Notes: generated from the sequence alone by a model not told the origin. A DNA stretch of 64,000 nt from Ranitomeya imitator (GCF_032444005.1 NC_091283.1:499038001-499102000); one strand, 5' to 3'. Positions 33,681 through 46,333 are shown, numbered from the stretch's first letter. Translations and numbers: made by a program.

Positions 33681-36564
33681 GTGAGACGTATTACAGAAAT
33701 GTGAAAGAATAAGAAAAGTAATGTTCAGCGCTATTTAGGTTATGAGGTGCAGACATGTTTAGGTACTGAGTTAATTTATACAGTTGATATGTTTTACGTT
33801 TTGTAATAAAAATATCAGAAATTTGACAAACATTTTTTAAAATTTGCAATTTTCAAAATTTAAATGATTGTCCCTTTAATCCAGGTAGTCACATCACACA
33901 AAAACATTAATAAGTAACATTTCCTTCATGTCGGCTTTACATCAGCACCATTTTTGAAATGTTGTTTTATTTTATTATAATTTGAGGAGGTTTAACAATG
34001 TAGCTGTAATTTTTATTTTTTCAAGGAAATGTACAAAACTTATTTTTTAAGGGACCTGTTCAGTTTTGAAGTGACTTTGGAGGCTTTATACATTGGAAAC
34101 CTCTAAATGTGATACAATTTTAAAAACTGCACTCTTCAATGTATTCAAAATTGCTTTCAGGTAGTTTATTAACCCTTCAGTTGATTTTCAGTAATTAATG
34201 CAAAGTGGTATAACAGGAATGAAAAAGTTTATTTTTACCACCTACGGTAAATGTCACTAACTTCTGAACAGGCCACTATAGCCGGCAGACGTTAAGACCG
34301 TTATTTGGCCATGAACTGCCATGGCAAACATCAGGACTGCATGATCTAGATCTCAGAATGCCAATGGGGTTGAAGAGGTAACCCCCACACTCTGTTAACT
34401 ATTTAGATGCTGCAGTCGCTATTGACAGCAGCATCTAAGGGGTTAAAAGGCCATGGTCGATGCTAACACTGATCGTGGCTGATGCAGCACGTTGTCAGCT
34501 ATAGTGTACAGCAGACAACTGCTGGATTGTCACCTGTCGGAGGATACTGTTCTCTTATATCGCAGGTCAGTAAAAAGATGTATTGGTGGTCATTAAGGCT
34601 GCTTTCACACATCAGTTTTTTGCCATTAGTCGCAATCCGTCCAATTTTGAAAAAAATGGACCTGTCGCAGATTGTGAAAAACCGATGCGACGGATCCGTT
34701 TTTTCTCCGGATCCAACTAGCGGATCCTGCTAATTGTATCCTAAAAAAATCGGAGCATGATCAGTTTAAAAAAACGGAATCCATCACCAGATTCCGTCAT
34801 TTGACGGATCCGGCACCATAGGCTTCCATTCTAGGAAATGACGGTCGGTGACAGATCCGTTGCTGTCCGTTTTTTCGACGGACACAAAAATCGTTACCAT
34901 GTCCGTTTTCTCCAGCTGCCGAACTGACAATTTTAGATGGATCCGGCGAACAACGGATGAAACGTGAGGCCATCCGTCGCAATCCGTCGCTAATACAAGT
35001 CTACGAAAAAAAAACGGATCCAGCGGCAACTTTTGCCGGATCCGTTGTTTTCAAAATTCATCGGATTGTGACTGACGGCAAAAAAACTGATGTATGAAAG
35101 GGACCTAAGAGGTTAAGTTGTAGATACTTAAGTTGTGGTAATTAATGTAAATTGCTGGAGACTGTTACTTGCTTACATCTCTCATTTTATTTATCCATCT
35201 ATCTACAATCCAAAGCATACAGAAGATATATGCAATTATTGAATATGGGAAATTTAAACTGCGTTACTTCTATATAGAATAAACATAGAACATGAAGGTA
35301 CAAATTTGCTAATTCGTCTAAGCCCATTAGCCATGGCAAGGCGACATTTCTCTGACGGGACCCTAAACCTAATTTTCATCATACATATCTCTCTGGGGCT
35401 AAAAGCCTTAATATTTAAAGGATAGATAGGATCCAGCCTTACTTAAAAAACAGATTTAGGCTGATGGAATTAGGAGTGCTTTGCCAACTATGGAGGCAGT
35501 CACAATCTCAAAATGTATATTACAAAGAAAAACAAACTCACTAGTAACTCCTAACAGAAGAAACCAAGTGTGAACATGCGCAAGCTGCTGTGACTGTACT
35601 ATGCGCGAAACAGAGAGTACAGCAGCACTCTGCAAGCGCTAAGATGTATGCAAACATTGAATATGTGACATTTACATTTGTTTTCTGAGGATATTCTATA
35701 TAGCAGTAATCCAGCTATCTATCTATTATCTATTTATCTCATATCTACACAAGGCCAAGTCGACCTGTCATTGGCTACAGCAGAATAAAGTGAAGGTTCT
35801 GGAGTGGCCATCTCAGTCTCCTGACCTCAATATCATTGAGCCACTCTGGGGAGATATCAAGCACACAGTTCACTCTAGACAGCCCAGGAATTTATAGAAA
35901 CTGGAGGCTTTTTGCCAAGAAGAGTTGGCAGGTTTACCATCTGAGAAAATAAAGAACCTCATCCACAACTACCACAAAATTCTTGAAACTGTCATTGATG
36001 TTAGAGGGGGCAATACACGGTATTAAGAAATGGGGTATGTGAACTTTTGATCAGGGTCATTTGGATGTTTTGGGCTGTCATTATGATTTAAAAAGAGAAA
36101 ACACAGTAGTTTGACAATAAATGGATTCACCCAACCACAAACTGTGAGTGGAGAAAAAGTTTTGGTGTTATCATTCATATTATCTGAAAAAAGTCCAAAA
36201 AAGCAAAAATTCTGCCAGGGTATGTAAACTTTTGAGCACAACTGTATGTTTTCTCTTCCTCCATCATGAAGCTGAAATCTGGGAAGAGATTGGAGAGTCT
36301 TCTGAAGTGGACTTATACTGCAGCCCTATCTCTTATCCATCTATATTTATTATTATGTATTATGCTTTGCTTATATAGCGACCTTCATATTCCACAATGA
36401 TTTACATACATTATTATTGCTGTCCCCAATGGAGCTCACAATCTAAACTCCTTATCAATATGTCTTGGAGTGTTGGAGGAAACCAGAGAATCTGGAGGAA
36501 ACCCACACAAACATCGGGAGAACATCCATCTATGTTTGCATATCTCATATTTATCTATCTCATG

Positions 36565-36595
<31 letters not shown>

Positions 36596-39500
36596 ACATA
36601 TTTCATATGTATCTTTTCATCTATCTCCTATAATTTCTGTACTTCACATCTCTCAGTTCCCTTTGGATCATATTAATCAAGCTAACATTTAGATGAGCGA
36701 GAGAGGGCAGTATCTTACTTCTTTTGCAGGATCATCTAAAAAAATATTTGATCCTTCTACTCATAACATAGACAATCCTTTTCTTGTAGGGGATCAAAGT
36801 TTAGACTTGCCACAGATTAATAACATATCTGGCAAAGACATGCAAATTAACCACTAATGTGCCAAAACAATGTTCCTAACCATCACTGACATCTTTAAGT
36901 TGCTGTGTATATACAAGAATCATGGAACTTGGGTTTCCAGGTTAAATGCTGAGTACCAGTTCCACTGTCTGTATTTTCTTTATGAAATAAAGCTAAGTCT
37001 TCATTTTTGAACTTTTGTTTGCAAATTTAGATCCAAGAAGCCACTGTCAACAATGGCCATGTGGTCCTTCAAATTGACAATGCCCGACTGGCAGCTGATG
37101 ACTTCAAACTCAAGTAAGATGGTTATGATGTAAATTTATTGTTATTTGATGCCCAAAAGTCTGCAAACAATGATAATTGATATCTTGACAGGTATGATAA
37201 TGAGCTGTTCATGCGTCAATCAGTGGAAGCTGACATCAATGGTCTGAGGAGAGTCCTGGATGACTTGACTTTTTCAAGAAGTGACCTCGAGTCACAACTT
37301 GAGAGTCTGAAAGAAGAACTTGTGGCTCTGAAGAAGAACCATGAGGAGGTAGCACAATGTCTTACTGAATTTACCTACTTGTTGAGCAGTATAATGTAAC
37401 AAGAAGTTATAGTAGATGACTATCACTAGGAGGTGCTGTGTATTCATATAATCTAACAAAGACTTTGATTATCTAATTGCTCAGGAAATGAAGGCTAGAA
37501 GTGGACAGGTCCAGGGTACCGTTAATGTGGATATGAATGCAGCTCCAGGAATTGACTTGCAGAAAGTGCTTGGTGACCTGAGACATGACTATGAGTCACT
37601 CATGGCCAAGAACCAGAAAGATATTGAGGCTTGGTATCGTAATAAGGTGAGTTGTGACAGTTATAGAATATGTGAAAAATATAATAATAATAATTTTTAT
37701 ATAGCGCTAACAAATTCCGCAGCGCTTTACACACATTATCATTGCTGTCCCCATTGGGGCTCACAATCTAAATTCCCTATCAGTATGTCTTTGGAATGTG
37801 GGAGGAAACCGGAGAACCCGGAGGAAACCCACACAAACACGGGGAGAACATACAAACTCTTTGCAGATGTTGTCCTTAGTGGGGCTTGAACCCAGGACTC
37901 CAGCACTGCAAGGCTGCTGTGCTAACCACTGCGCCACCGTGCTGCCCCACGGTATATAAAGATTACATGTTTAATTAATGTACTGAAATAATACATTTAT
38001 CCTTTAGACTGATGAGCTGAGCAAGCAAATGACTAATGACTCCAATGAAATCCAAACAACCAAGTCTGAAGTTACAGAGTTAAGGCGTACCCTCCAGAGT
38101 CTTGAAATCGAACTTCAGTCCCAGATCAGTATGGTAAGTGAATCTTCTAAAAGCTATTCTTCTTTCTATGTAATGACTGTTTATCATACATTTAGACTTG
38201 AGCTCCTCAAACACTTCTTATTAGAACTCCACCTGACAGAACATCATGATGACCGTGCCTCACCAATGCTCAAACATATCGACTCAACTACATTGCAATG
38301 GCTTTCTTTTAGAAATATAACTGGTATTAGTTATTATCAGGCTTTTCTAAAACTTAAAAATGTATTTATTTCAGAAATCTGCTTTGGAAAGCAGCCTAGC
38401 GGAGACAGAGGGACGTTACTGTATGCAACTGGCAAAACTCCAGCAACACATCCAAAGCGTGGAAGCAGAATTAGCAGAACTGCGCTGTGATATTGAAGGC
38501 CAAAGTCAGGAGTACCAGAATCTTCTGGATATCAAGTCTCGTCTGGAGCAAGAGATCAACACCTATCGTAGTCTTCTGGATGGCCAGGGAAGCGAGTAAG
38601 TGAAATTAACCATGCATCTAAGGATCTGGACTAAAGTCCACATATTAATGAAAGAGTAGAGTTATGCTTCTATGTAGTTGGGATGTGAGCTATTGGAGTT
38701 AGGTTACAGCTTGCTAAGAAAAACTTGGTACTAGTACTAACTTTATTCCATTTGACCATTCCATTATGACATAAATTGCCTCCTTTAGATTATACAAAAC
38801 CTAACCGGAAATAACCCAAACAATTAGAAATAATATAGTTGTATAGGTTTAGAAAATCTTGGCTACTTTCCAAAAATAGTACCACATCTGTTGTCAAGGT
38901 TGGAGGTGATGTTACACCTCAGGCCCATTTACTTCAATACTAGGAACAACCCATGGATAGGAAGAAGAAAAAGACATATTTTACTAATTCTAGTCAGCCA
39001 ATTTAAATTCTTTTTCAACATAATTCACTGGATAAATATATTGTGGTGGAGGGTTTTGTCATGTAATGGAGGCTTTTACCCGCTGATGTAAATAACAAAC
39101 TTATTTATTTTCTTACAGATATCCTAAAGGCTCCTCCTCTTCCACCTCCACCTCTAATTATTCATCATCAGGTTCCCAATCCGGACAAGGTATGATTTCT
39201 CTACCAAGGAGATTCATGGGATGGGAAAATCTTTAAGACTCAAATCCTAAAGAGATTGTGGTACTGTATATCTGCAAAACCCAGACAAAGAAAACGTTAT
39301 ATGGAACCTAACCCAGATCATTATTGGACCCTATGGTAACTGAAATTCAGTTGAATAAATCATAGGGAATGTCCAAATCTGGTGGCTGTTTCTTCCATTT
39401 TAAATATACCATTTGTGGTGCTACTCTAGGTTGGAAAACCTTCTGGTTATCAACCTAAATTTAATGGACTCAACCAAGGGGCTCTGCTAGGGAGAAATTT

Positions 39501-40674
39501 TTGACATTTATGGGGTTCATATAAATTAGTTTGTTGTTCTCTTTTAAGATTTTCCATGTTTATGTATAGGAAGGACTATGTTTAGCAGAACATCAATCCA
39601 TGACACATTTGATGCATTTTTCCTGAAGTAAAATAATCTAATGAAGGTTCACAATGTTATTATACCACCATGTAACCACTCTAGAAGTGGATCATCATCA
39701 GTTAAGACTTCCCAGATGTGGCAATGTAAAATCCAAAAAAGAGAAGGGCATTAGTCTTACTCTTCATGAACAGTACAATAGCTCCATGCAAGCCTCAAGT
39801 TGAGGAGAACCATAATATTGTGCCCATAGATGTCTACAAGACCGTAATCGACCTCTGTATGTCTCTTTGTTCATCTGGAGGCAAACAATGTTGCATTGCT
39901 TCTTGGGGAGGTAATGTCCATAGTATGGTGCCATATGAAGACTCCATGTGTTGACACAGAGAATGACAGCCTCATAATATAGATTCATTGGGCACCATAT
40001 TTTACTTTACAGGCTTTGATTTTGCTTGAGCAGACGGATAGACTTCAAAGGGGAATTATTGTTTCCCACATAGATCTCCTTGTTGAAGATTCCTTCTCTC
40101 TTGTTTGGGGAGGAAAGCAGAAGGCAACATCCATATTATGGCTCTATATAAGAACTGCACAGAGATATAATATAACACCACTGCAAGTCTATTATGTACA
40201 TGTATGTTTCAGATTTCATCCAGAGGCATACAATGTACTATTACTGCAAAATGTCATTATAATACGGCTGTATATTAAAGCCCCATATGGTGACACAGAA
40301 TGCGGAACCTCAGTAATAAGGAGCTATAGGGACTCTGTGTGTCTCCTTACAGGGTGATACTATAGATCTCCTTTGTGAAGATTTCTTCTGTGTATAGCTT
40401 CGCTATACAATGTTTCTCATCACCTCTGAGCTTCTTGATCCCACCAGCTATTTTCTAGTCTTTTTCTAATTATACTGTTGCAGAATACGTAATGATTCTA
40501 ATGAACAATTATGTAGTTTGTTCTGTTCTGGGCTTGGTGAACAATTTACTCAAAATTAGAATGCTTATCTATGAAGGAGGTGAAACTCATAGAAACCTTG
40601 TGTCTTTCTCCAATTTAGGTGGCTCCTACCATTCGAGCTCACAGCAGCACTACCAATCTGGATACAGAAAGTGA
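33069..40674 (+). CDS. Type I (acidic) keratin, 8 exons, 495 aa, Gly/Ser-rich head (epidermal KRT9/10/12/24-like; exact ortholog unresolved)
   Basis: join(33069-33680,37031-37113,37192-37348,37485-37646,38008-38133,38375-38595,39119-39189,40619-40674) = 1488 nt, all introns GT-AG. Exons 2-6 of 83/157/162/126/221 nt match the conserved type I keratin pattern. Motifs [42 protein letters not shown]. Confidence 0.96.
33790..35112. mobile_element. Decayed piggyBac-type element in keratin intron 1 (right end interrupted by a MITE)
   Basis: Shares the TTAGATGCTGC..GCAGCATCTAA-type hairpin with 29337-30621. Right end GGTGGTCATTAA|MITE|GAGG-TTAA. Left boundary approximate. Confidence 0.5.
34597..35105. 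mobile_element. Harbinger-type MITE with 3-bp TAA TSD
   Basis: TAA|GGCTGCTTTCACACATCAG ... CTGATGTATGAAAGGGACC|TAA. The empty site restores the host terminus. Confidence 0.85.
35747..36244 (+). mobile_element. Tc1/mariner 3' fragment (transposase C-terminus and right TIR)
   Basis: Encodes [29 protein letters not shown]. Ends GTAAACTTTTGAGCACAACTG|TA. Confidence 0.88.
36371..36526 (-). mobile_element. Truncated V-SINE-like element
   Basis: Diverged match to the 3' half of the SINE at 37679-37947 (GGAGGAAACC...GAGGAAACCCAC). Confidence 0.7.
37031..37113 (+). CDS. Keratin exon 2
   Basis: TTTAG|ATCCAA ... CTCAA|GTAAG; [28 protein letters not shown]. Confidence 0.95.
37192..37348 (+). CDS. Keratin exon 3
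   Basis: GACAG|GTATGAT ... GAGGAG|GTAG; [24 protein letters not shown]. Confidence 0.95.
37485..37646 (+). CDS. Keratin exon 4
   Basis: CTCAG|GAAATG ... AATAAG|GTGAG; [13 protein letters not shown] (linker L12). Confidence 0.95.
37679..37947 (-). mobile_element. Full-length tRNA-derived V-SINE-like element in keratin intron 4
   Basis: Reverse strand shows A box GGTGGCGCAGTGG, B box GGTTCAAGCC, central GTGGGTTTCCTCCGGG..CCGGTTTCCTCCCAC domain, an L2-like tail and (TAT)n. Confidence 0.9.
38008..38133 (+). CDS. Keratin exon 5
   Basis: TTTAG|ACTGAT ... AGTATG|GTAAG; [24 protein letters not shown]. Confidence 0.95.
38375..38595 (+). CDS. Keratin exon 6 (coil 2B, helix termination motif)
   Basis: TTCAG|AAATCT ... 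AGCGA|GTAAG; [22 protein letters not shown]. Confidence 0.95.
39119..39189 (+). CDS. Keratin exon 7 (Ser-rich tail)
   Basis: TTACAG|ATATCC ... GACAAG|GTATG; keeps frame, [23 protein letters not shown]. Confidence 0.85.
40619..40674 (+). CDS. Keratin exon 8 coding part
   Basis: TTTAG|GTGGCTCC ... AAGTGA; [17 protein letters not shown], in frame with exon 7. Confidence 0.8.
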
Positions 40675-41348
40675 ATGGATTTCATTGCCCATGCTAGCAA
40701 TATTCCCGGGCTCTAGTCTTATGAATGTTCTTTTCTTCAAGTCTATCAAGAAACTAACCCGATGCTGGAGTTAATGGCTTAAAAATTATCTTTCTGTAAA
40801 ATAACCTAATTCATTGATCATCTTGAATAGCTGGTCTAGTTTAGTAAACCATCTTTTCATGTATATTTTGGGGAAATTCTGTGATAATGAGGGGAGGTGG
40901 TCTTTTATTTAGGATCATCATCTGTTGGTCAGAGCAAAGCTTAGTTATAAAGAACATCTCTTGTTCTGGAGGATCTGTCTTTGAATGTGCACTGTGTAAT
41001 GCTTATTTTCTCCTGTAGCGGTGCTGCAGGATAATTAAGCATCCCCACAGATTGCAGCTAATAGTTTCCCCACAGATTGCAGCTAATTCTTGAGGCACCC
41101 AACAATCGACACAGTTTAAGATCAGTTAGGGGACCATCTAACAAGAAAGGATTGTCCAAAGCAGAGAACCCCTTTAAGATTTTCCAGGAACCAAAAAGTT
41201 ATAGAACAAAGTTAGCGCATGTTACATATACACACATATATTTTTATCAACAGTTGTTTTCATAACACCGTGACACATTGTTCTATGGCTGAGTGGGTCT
41301 TTGCTATGTATACTTCTCTTGGCATGCAGGAGTCTTCTTGAAGTCTTT

Positions 41349-41354
41349 AATAAA
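41349..41354 (+). terminator. Polyadenylation signal of the keratin gene
   Basis: AATAAA ~675 nt after the stop, with ATTAAA and a GT-rich tract shortly downstream. Confidence 0.65.
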
Positions 41355-42747
41355 GCTTTGCTATGTGAATTTCAACCAATATTTTGATTAAAACATTTAT
41401 TGTGTGGATGGATATGACCTCATCATCATGGCTTAGTCAGTTTGCCTGTAATTTCATCCATGCCTTTGATCCTGTGTAATACGAGTATAAAACTGTCATT
41501 ATGGGAATGTAGGAGTATGAAGACCTTAAAATCCACATCGTGCCAACAGTCATAAATTTTTATATACTACAAACTAAAGTTATAGGACTGGTTCATACTT
41601 GATTGTACTTCAAGTACAAAATTTGATGGCATTGCATGCCAGAAAAAGTAATCTTAGTTTAGTGTATCTTCTGAACCATCAGACATGTATCTTCAGGTCA
41701 GTTTCAGATGGCTGTAATATGGACATCAAGGCAATGTTGCCAGATCACACGTGGTTATACTGACTTGAGCTTAGATCACCAAAGGGTTTTATAATAAATT
41801 AAAATGGAACAGAGCTTTCAGCAATCTTGTAATTTATCTTATCACAAAACTCTACTTCTTTTGCCACACGTGAAACTCTTCTTCCTCTACCTCATGCCCC
41901 TGAACTAATTATTCACTCTGAAAAATAAAAGCTCAACTCTGAAGCTCAAGACAAGATGGACTGCCAGTACAGTGAGATGTCATGTTACTCCACCTATAGC
42001 AATCAATGGAGAGGGCAGGGGTTGGGAGGAGCAGAGTGAGTAAACAAGCAGAGGCAGACACAGAAAGATCATACTGAGCTTTCTAACAAGTCTTGTACCT
42101 CATCCCAGAGCTACATACACAGATACACTTCTCAGTACTGTTGTTTAAGTTATTCCATGTTTTTACTGATTTTGTCAGTCTACTAACTAAGAAATCAACA
42201 GCAGAAATTTGTCTTTGCGTGTTGTATATGGAAAACATGATGGCAGCTATTCTTCTTCTTCTAGCTCAAAATCACTTGCAATTTAAGAGATCGAGCATGC
42301 AGAGGGGAAAATTGTTGAACATGCAGGATACAAATCATCTAATTTCTAGAAGTGGTGCTATTCCTCATGTTCACACACAGGACAGCTTATTCATAAAAGT
42401 TACTTGAAATTAAAGTTTCACTTTAAGCTTCATTTATTAGAGCTAAGGAAGGAGAGAATGTTGTTAACATACTATAGTCCTTTAGTATTTATTAATTGAA
42501 AAGCTATACAGCATAACCATATTGCAGCCATCTGAAATTGTACTTATCATTGTCATCTTCAAAGATTGATATTTACAATGTATTGACTTAACAAGTGACA
42601 AGGCAGGTTGTCTGCAGCCTTAGCCCCTTTAATTTCAGTGGCACTAAGCTTCAATACCAAACACAACCCATTGACAGATTTGACTTTATTTCTGAACTGT
42701 TTAGGTAAAGGTATTGCTGGACTTGTCTTTGAAAGAAATACATGCAT

Positions 42748-42749
<2 letters not shown>

Positions 42750-42782
<33 letters not shown>

Positions 42783-42921
42783 GCACCATTTATTCCATGG
42801 CGCTTTACATGTGAGGAGGGGTATACATAATAAAAAACAAGTACAGTAATCTTAAACAATACAAGTCACAACTGGTACAGGAGGAGAGAGGACCCTGCCT
42901 GCGAGGGCTCACAATCTACAA
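42750..42921 (-). mobile_element. L2 LINE 3' end with (TAA)n tail
   Basis: Reverse complement matches 57520-57676 (TGTAAAGCGCCATGGAATAAATGG..CTATAATAAT). Confidence 0.85.
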
Positions 42922-44129
42922 ATATAAATGACAACCAACAAACTGCCTTTCTATTAAAGTGCTGTTATTAATGTAATAGCATAATAGAAAGGCAGAAAGA
43001 GGGATAAGCAAGAATATATATACTATAATAATGTTTATTAAACAATTATCAAAAGAGCAGTATACATATAAATGGCAGAAGATCTACTAAAACAATAAAT
43101 CAATCGAGATAGAGATAGAAAATTGATCATAATAGATCAAAAAACCATCCTGAAAGAAAGAGGCAATAAGTCCCTCAAAAGAGTACTCCCCCAGTCAGTA
43201 TATAATATATGCAAAACATCGGTACAAACTATAATAACTGACCATAAAATATAGCAAAATAATGCAAAAATCAATGATGCATGCACCATAGAATAATGTA
43301 TAGAGAATGACATAGATATTATTAACTAAATCTTATAAATAGAAAATAAGACAAAAATAGGTGACGCTATGTCATAAATAGCCCAGGGAAAGAATTTATC
43401 ATAAATGCAGTACAATAAATGTCTTGGAATAAAAGGTCACTAAATAGCAGCAATAATTATTGGATGAAACAAAACTGAGTAACACTAAGTCATAGGTGAC
43501 CCATGCATAGCATAAGTCATAGATGCATAAGGTGTGTAGCAGGGACGGGGGGGTAGGGTGATGCCGCAGTGAACTGTGCCTTTGCTGTACCCAACTCTGC
43601 CATCCTGCACATGGGATCTGTGACCTCAGGGAGCGTGCATGCCCACTGCTCACATGGCACATCGAAAGGAGCACATCTGCATCACAAAAAAATGTATTTC
43701 CATGTAAAACTGAGTTTTTCAGCATGTGAATCATGCGGGACAGTTTGCCTGGTTTACTATATTCATATTAGCTAGAGACAGACACAAGGTGAACAGTTTC
43801 TCAATAGGACAGTGCCCACCTTACTTTGCAGCACTAGAAAAAACATAGAACACCATAAAACATGCCAAAACATAACTTGGGTGAGTCAATATAATAATAG
43901 AGTTCAATGAAACATTTCTCTATATAGGGGTGTGACGGTACATCTTAAACCGCCCTCCTTACATGTAGCCTACGACTTCTTCCCTACAACATTGGGTAAT
44001 GTGAGATCAATATAGGAAAAAGGCTGAAACATTGGGAAATATGAAGAAATATTTGAAATGGTCAGAAACAGACATATTATAAGACAACATTTAGAAAAAG
44101 ATTTACCATAAGAAAAGGAACTAAATCAT

Positions 44130-44400
44130 CACAACCGAGACAACAAAATGGTAAAACAATACATAACAGAAAGTCAATGTTTTTGTTAGATCCCACAATC
44201 TCTGAGGACATGACTGTATCCCGTGAAGGGAGTAGATGTCAAGTTCGTGTTTGTCATGATTTAGTGAAGAGGTTTTATCTAATAATAATGCACCTCTGGG
44301 GCTTTTAGCATCGTGATGGAACAGGTTCAACACATCCCAGCACAATGGGACCTTTCATGCAAGCATCCAAAGCGAGTATGACCAGGTTATCATTCGCTCC
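44130..44400 (-). mobile_element. Possible heavily decayed Penelope-like GIY-YIG C-terminal remnant
   Basis: Reverse-strand fragments LFHHDAKSPRGA and GSNKNIDF resemble the C-terminal HF..H..P.GL / GLN..xDF motifs of PLE ORFs. Weak. Confidence 0.25.
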
Positions 44401-45795
44401 CTCCACCCACCAAGTTAATCCAGAAGCACTTAAAGTATATTAACAATTATAGGACTAAGATTGATAATCTGTATGATGGTTGTTAGAAGGATTGCTGTCT
44501 TTACTTTGTCATTAATGGGGGCAGGGGTGTAACAAAGATTTATAAGGCCCCATAGCTACACTTGGACTAGAAGGACCCTATTCCACCATAAGTAAAAAAG
44601 GAAAGTTTAAGATCTGTATGGTTTTTATAGCTTGAGACTATTCTTCTCTTCAATGATTTATCACTTTTATGCATCCCAGTAATTAATAGACTTCCTTTCT
44701 TTGTCCTGTACAATTGCAAGATTCTTCTCACAATCTACAATTTCTTCCTACATTTTTAGTATTGAGTACTTGCTTATTCTTACCACAGGGGTCCCTTGCT
44801 ATAACGGTTGTTACATTCTTGAATAGAGGTGATCTAGAAGAGCTGAAAGGTACAAATTAGTAACGTAGCTAGCGAGGGTGCAGGGTGAAACATTTGTTCC
44901 AGGCCTAGTTACATGACAGCTGGTGCTCCAGATCACTCGGTGACTGCCACTGGTTGCCAATTCATTTGAGACTGATGGTAGAGTAGGGAGCTATTGACTT
45001 TTTGACTAACATTCTCCATCGTGTTGAACTGCAGCTTACAAAATTGTAAGGCTGCACTCAGGTCACCAGCATTACTGCACTGGTGACAGAATGATGTCAC
45101 TGCATGTGATGCCTATATTCTGCCAGCAACAGCACTTGGCTCCTTCACTCAGGAGTCCCAGTTAGGTGACTATTATTTATTTATTGGGCACATAAGAGAA
45201 AGTTTAAAGGGCCACTAAAGGGGCAATATTACTTTTTTAAAGGGAACTAAGGAGGCATTATTGTTTTTAAAAGTGCATCATTTTAAGAAGACATTAGGGA
45301 GCATAGTTATTTTTAGGAAAGAACAATGGACCGATAATTACTATTAAGGGAGCAGTTATGCACCTGTGTCCCTCGCAGCCTCGGTCGTCCGGCTACCAGT
45401 GTTAGGAGTCGAGTTCCCGCCGCTGCACAGGGGGAATCTCGAACCATGTCTGCTGCGGTCTCCAATTCTGCATTGGCCGCAGTGGAGCCTTCTCAGCGCA
45501 GACGTTGGTCCCAGCGTCTCACTGAATCTGATACTGTGCAAAGGGTTACTGCTGCCTCTCCTGGCTCTACTATTGTACCCTGCACTGGTCTGCGGCGAGC
45601 AGGCTTTTCTGGGACTAGGTCCTGCTTTGCACGCACTGAGCATGCCCAGGGTAAGATCTCTTAGTGGAGATCAAGGGTCACATGCTCAGGTACTGCAGCA
45701 ACTTCGATTGGTCCTCCAGGTAGGTCCTGTACATGATCAAGTTCTGTGGCAGCCTTCCATTGGTCCTTCTAGGAAGGTTCTGTAGGTGCTACAGC

Positions 45796-45835
45796 TATAA
45801 AAGGTTCTCATGACCGCACGGCCATGCGCTAGTAT
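45796..45835 (+). promoter_or_regulatory. LTR TATA box (TATAAAA, 45796) and predicted self-primer GCGCTAGTAT (45826-45835)
   Basis: 30-nt spacing. Exact complement of ATACTAGCGC at 46274-46283. Confidence 0.75.
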
Positions 45836-46333
45836 CAAATATGTACGAGCTCAGCGTCAGTGTGGTCGTGTGTGTGGTCAGGGACCCGGCTGAAATAAGC
45901 TCCTAGAATGCTGGCAACTCCGGCGAGGAGTTTTGTGTATGCAGTCAGGGAACCGGCTGAAATAAGCCCATAGAATGCTGGCACCTCCGGCGAGGAGTTT
46001 ATGTCTGAATTCAGGGCTGGCTAATAGCCATTAGAATTCCGGCTCCACCGGAGAGGAGCTGCGTGTTGGTTGGACTGCATGACCACTGTTGGCTCTACAC
46101 AGTAGCTGTGTCCCCTGTGAGCTAAACAGGGCACAGCGTTCTCTTTACTATGGGCTCTGTGAAGTAACAGAGTTCGTTTGTACTAATTTGCTTCGCAGCA
46201 GGTTCTTTCCTGCATGGTGGATCCCGGGTTGTATTGGGTAATATATTGGGTGCATTCCGCCAACCCTAACAGTATACTAGCGCCAGGATCTGGCTAAGTA
46301 ATGTCGGATGAACAGCGATTGCAGGTGTACATC

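Noticed and set aside
37860-37947. tRNA gene
   Set aside because: A and B boxes belong to a SINE head fused to a V-domain and L2-like tail; no complete cloverleaf is evident.
37647-38374. ORF extensions 37488-37889 and 38029-38490 beyond exon ends
   Set aside because: Read-through into introns and an antisense SINE; canonical GT donors delimit the real exons.
40011-40400. Two extra acceptor-like sites (40012, 40352) and ORF 40016-40357 in keratin intron 7
   Set aside because: They lie in a decayed local duplication and would give stops within 1-5 codons. The exon at 40619 fits the tail composition better. Minor alternative ends cannot be excluded without RNA data.
41400-45300. A second keratin or other host gene downstream
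   Set aside because: No rod-domain motifs or coherent exon chain found on either strand; only short AT-rich ORFs and repeat remnants.
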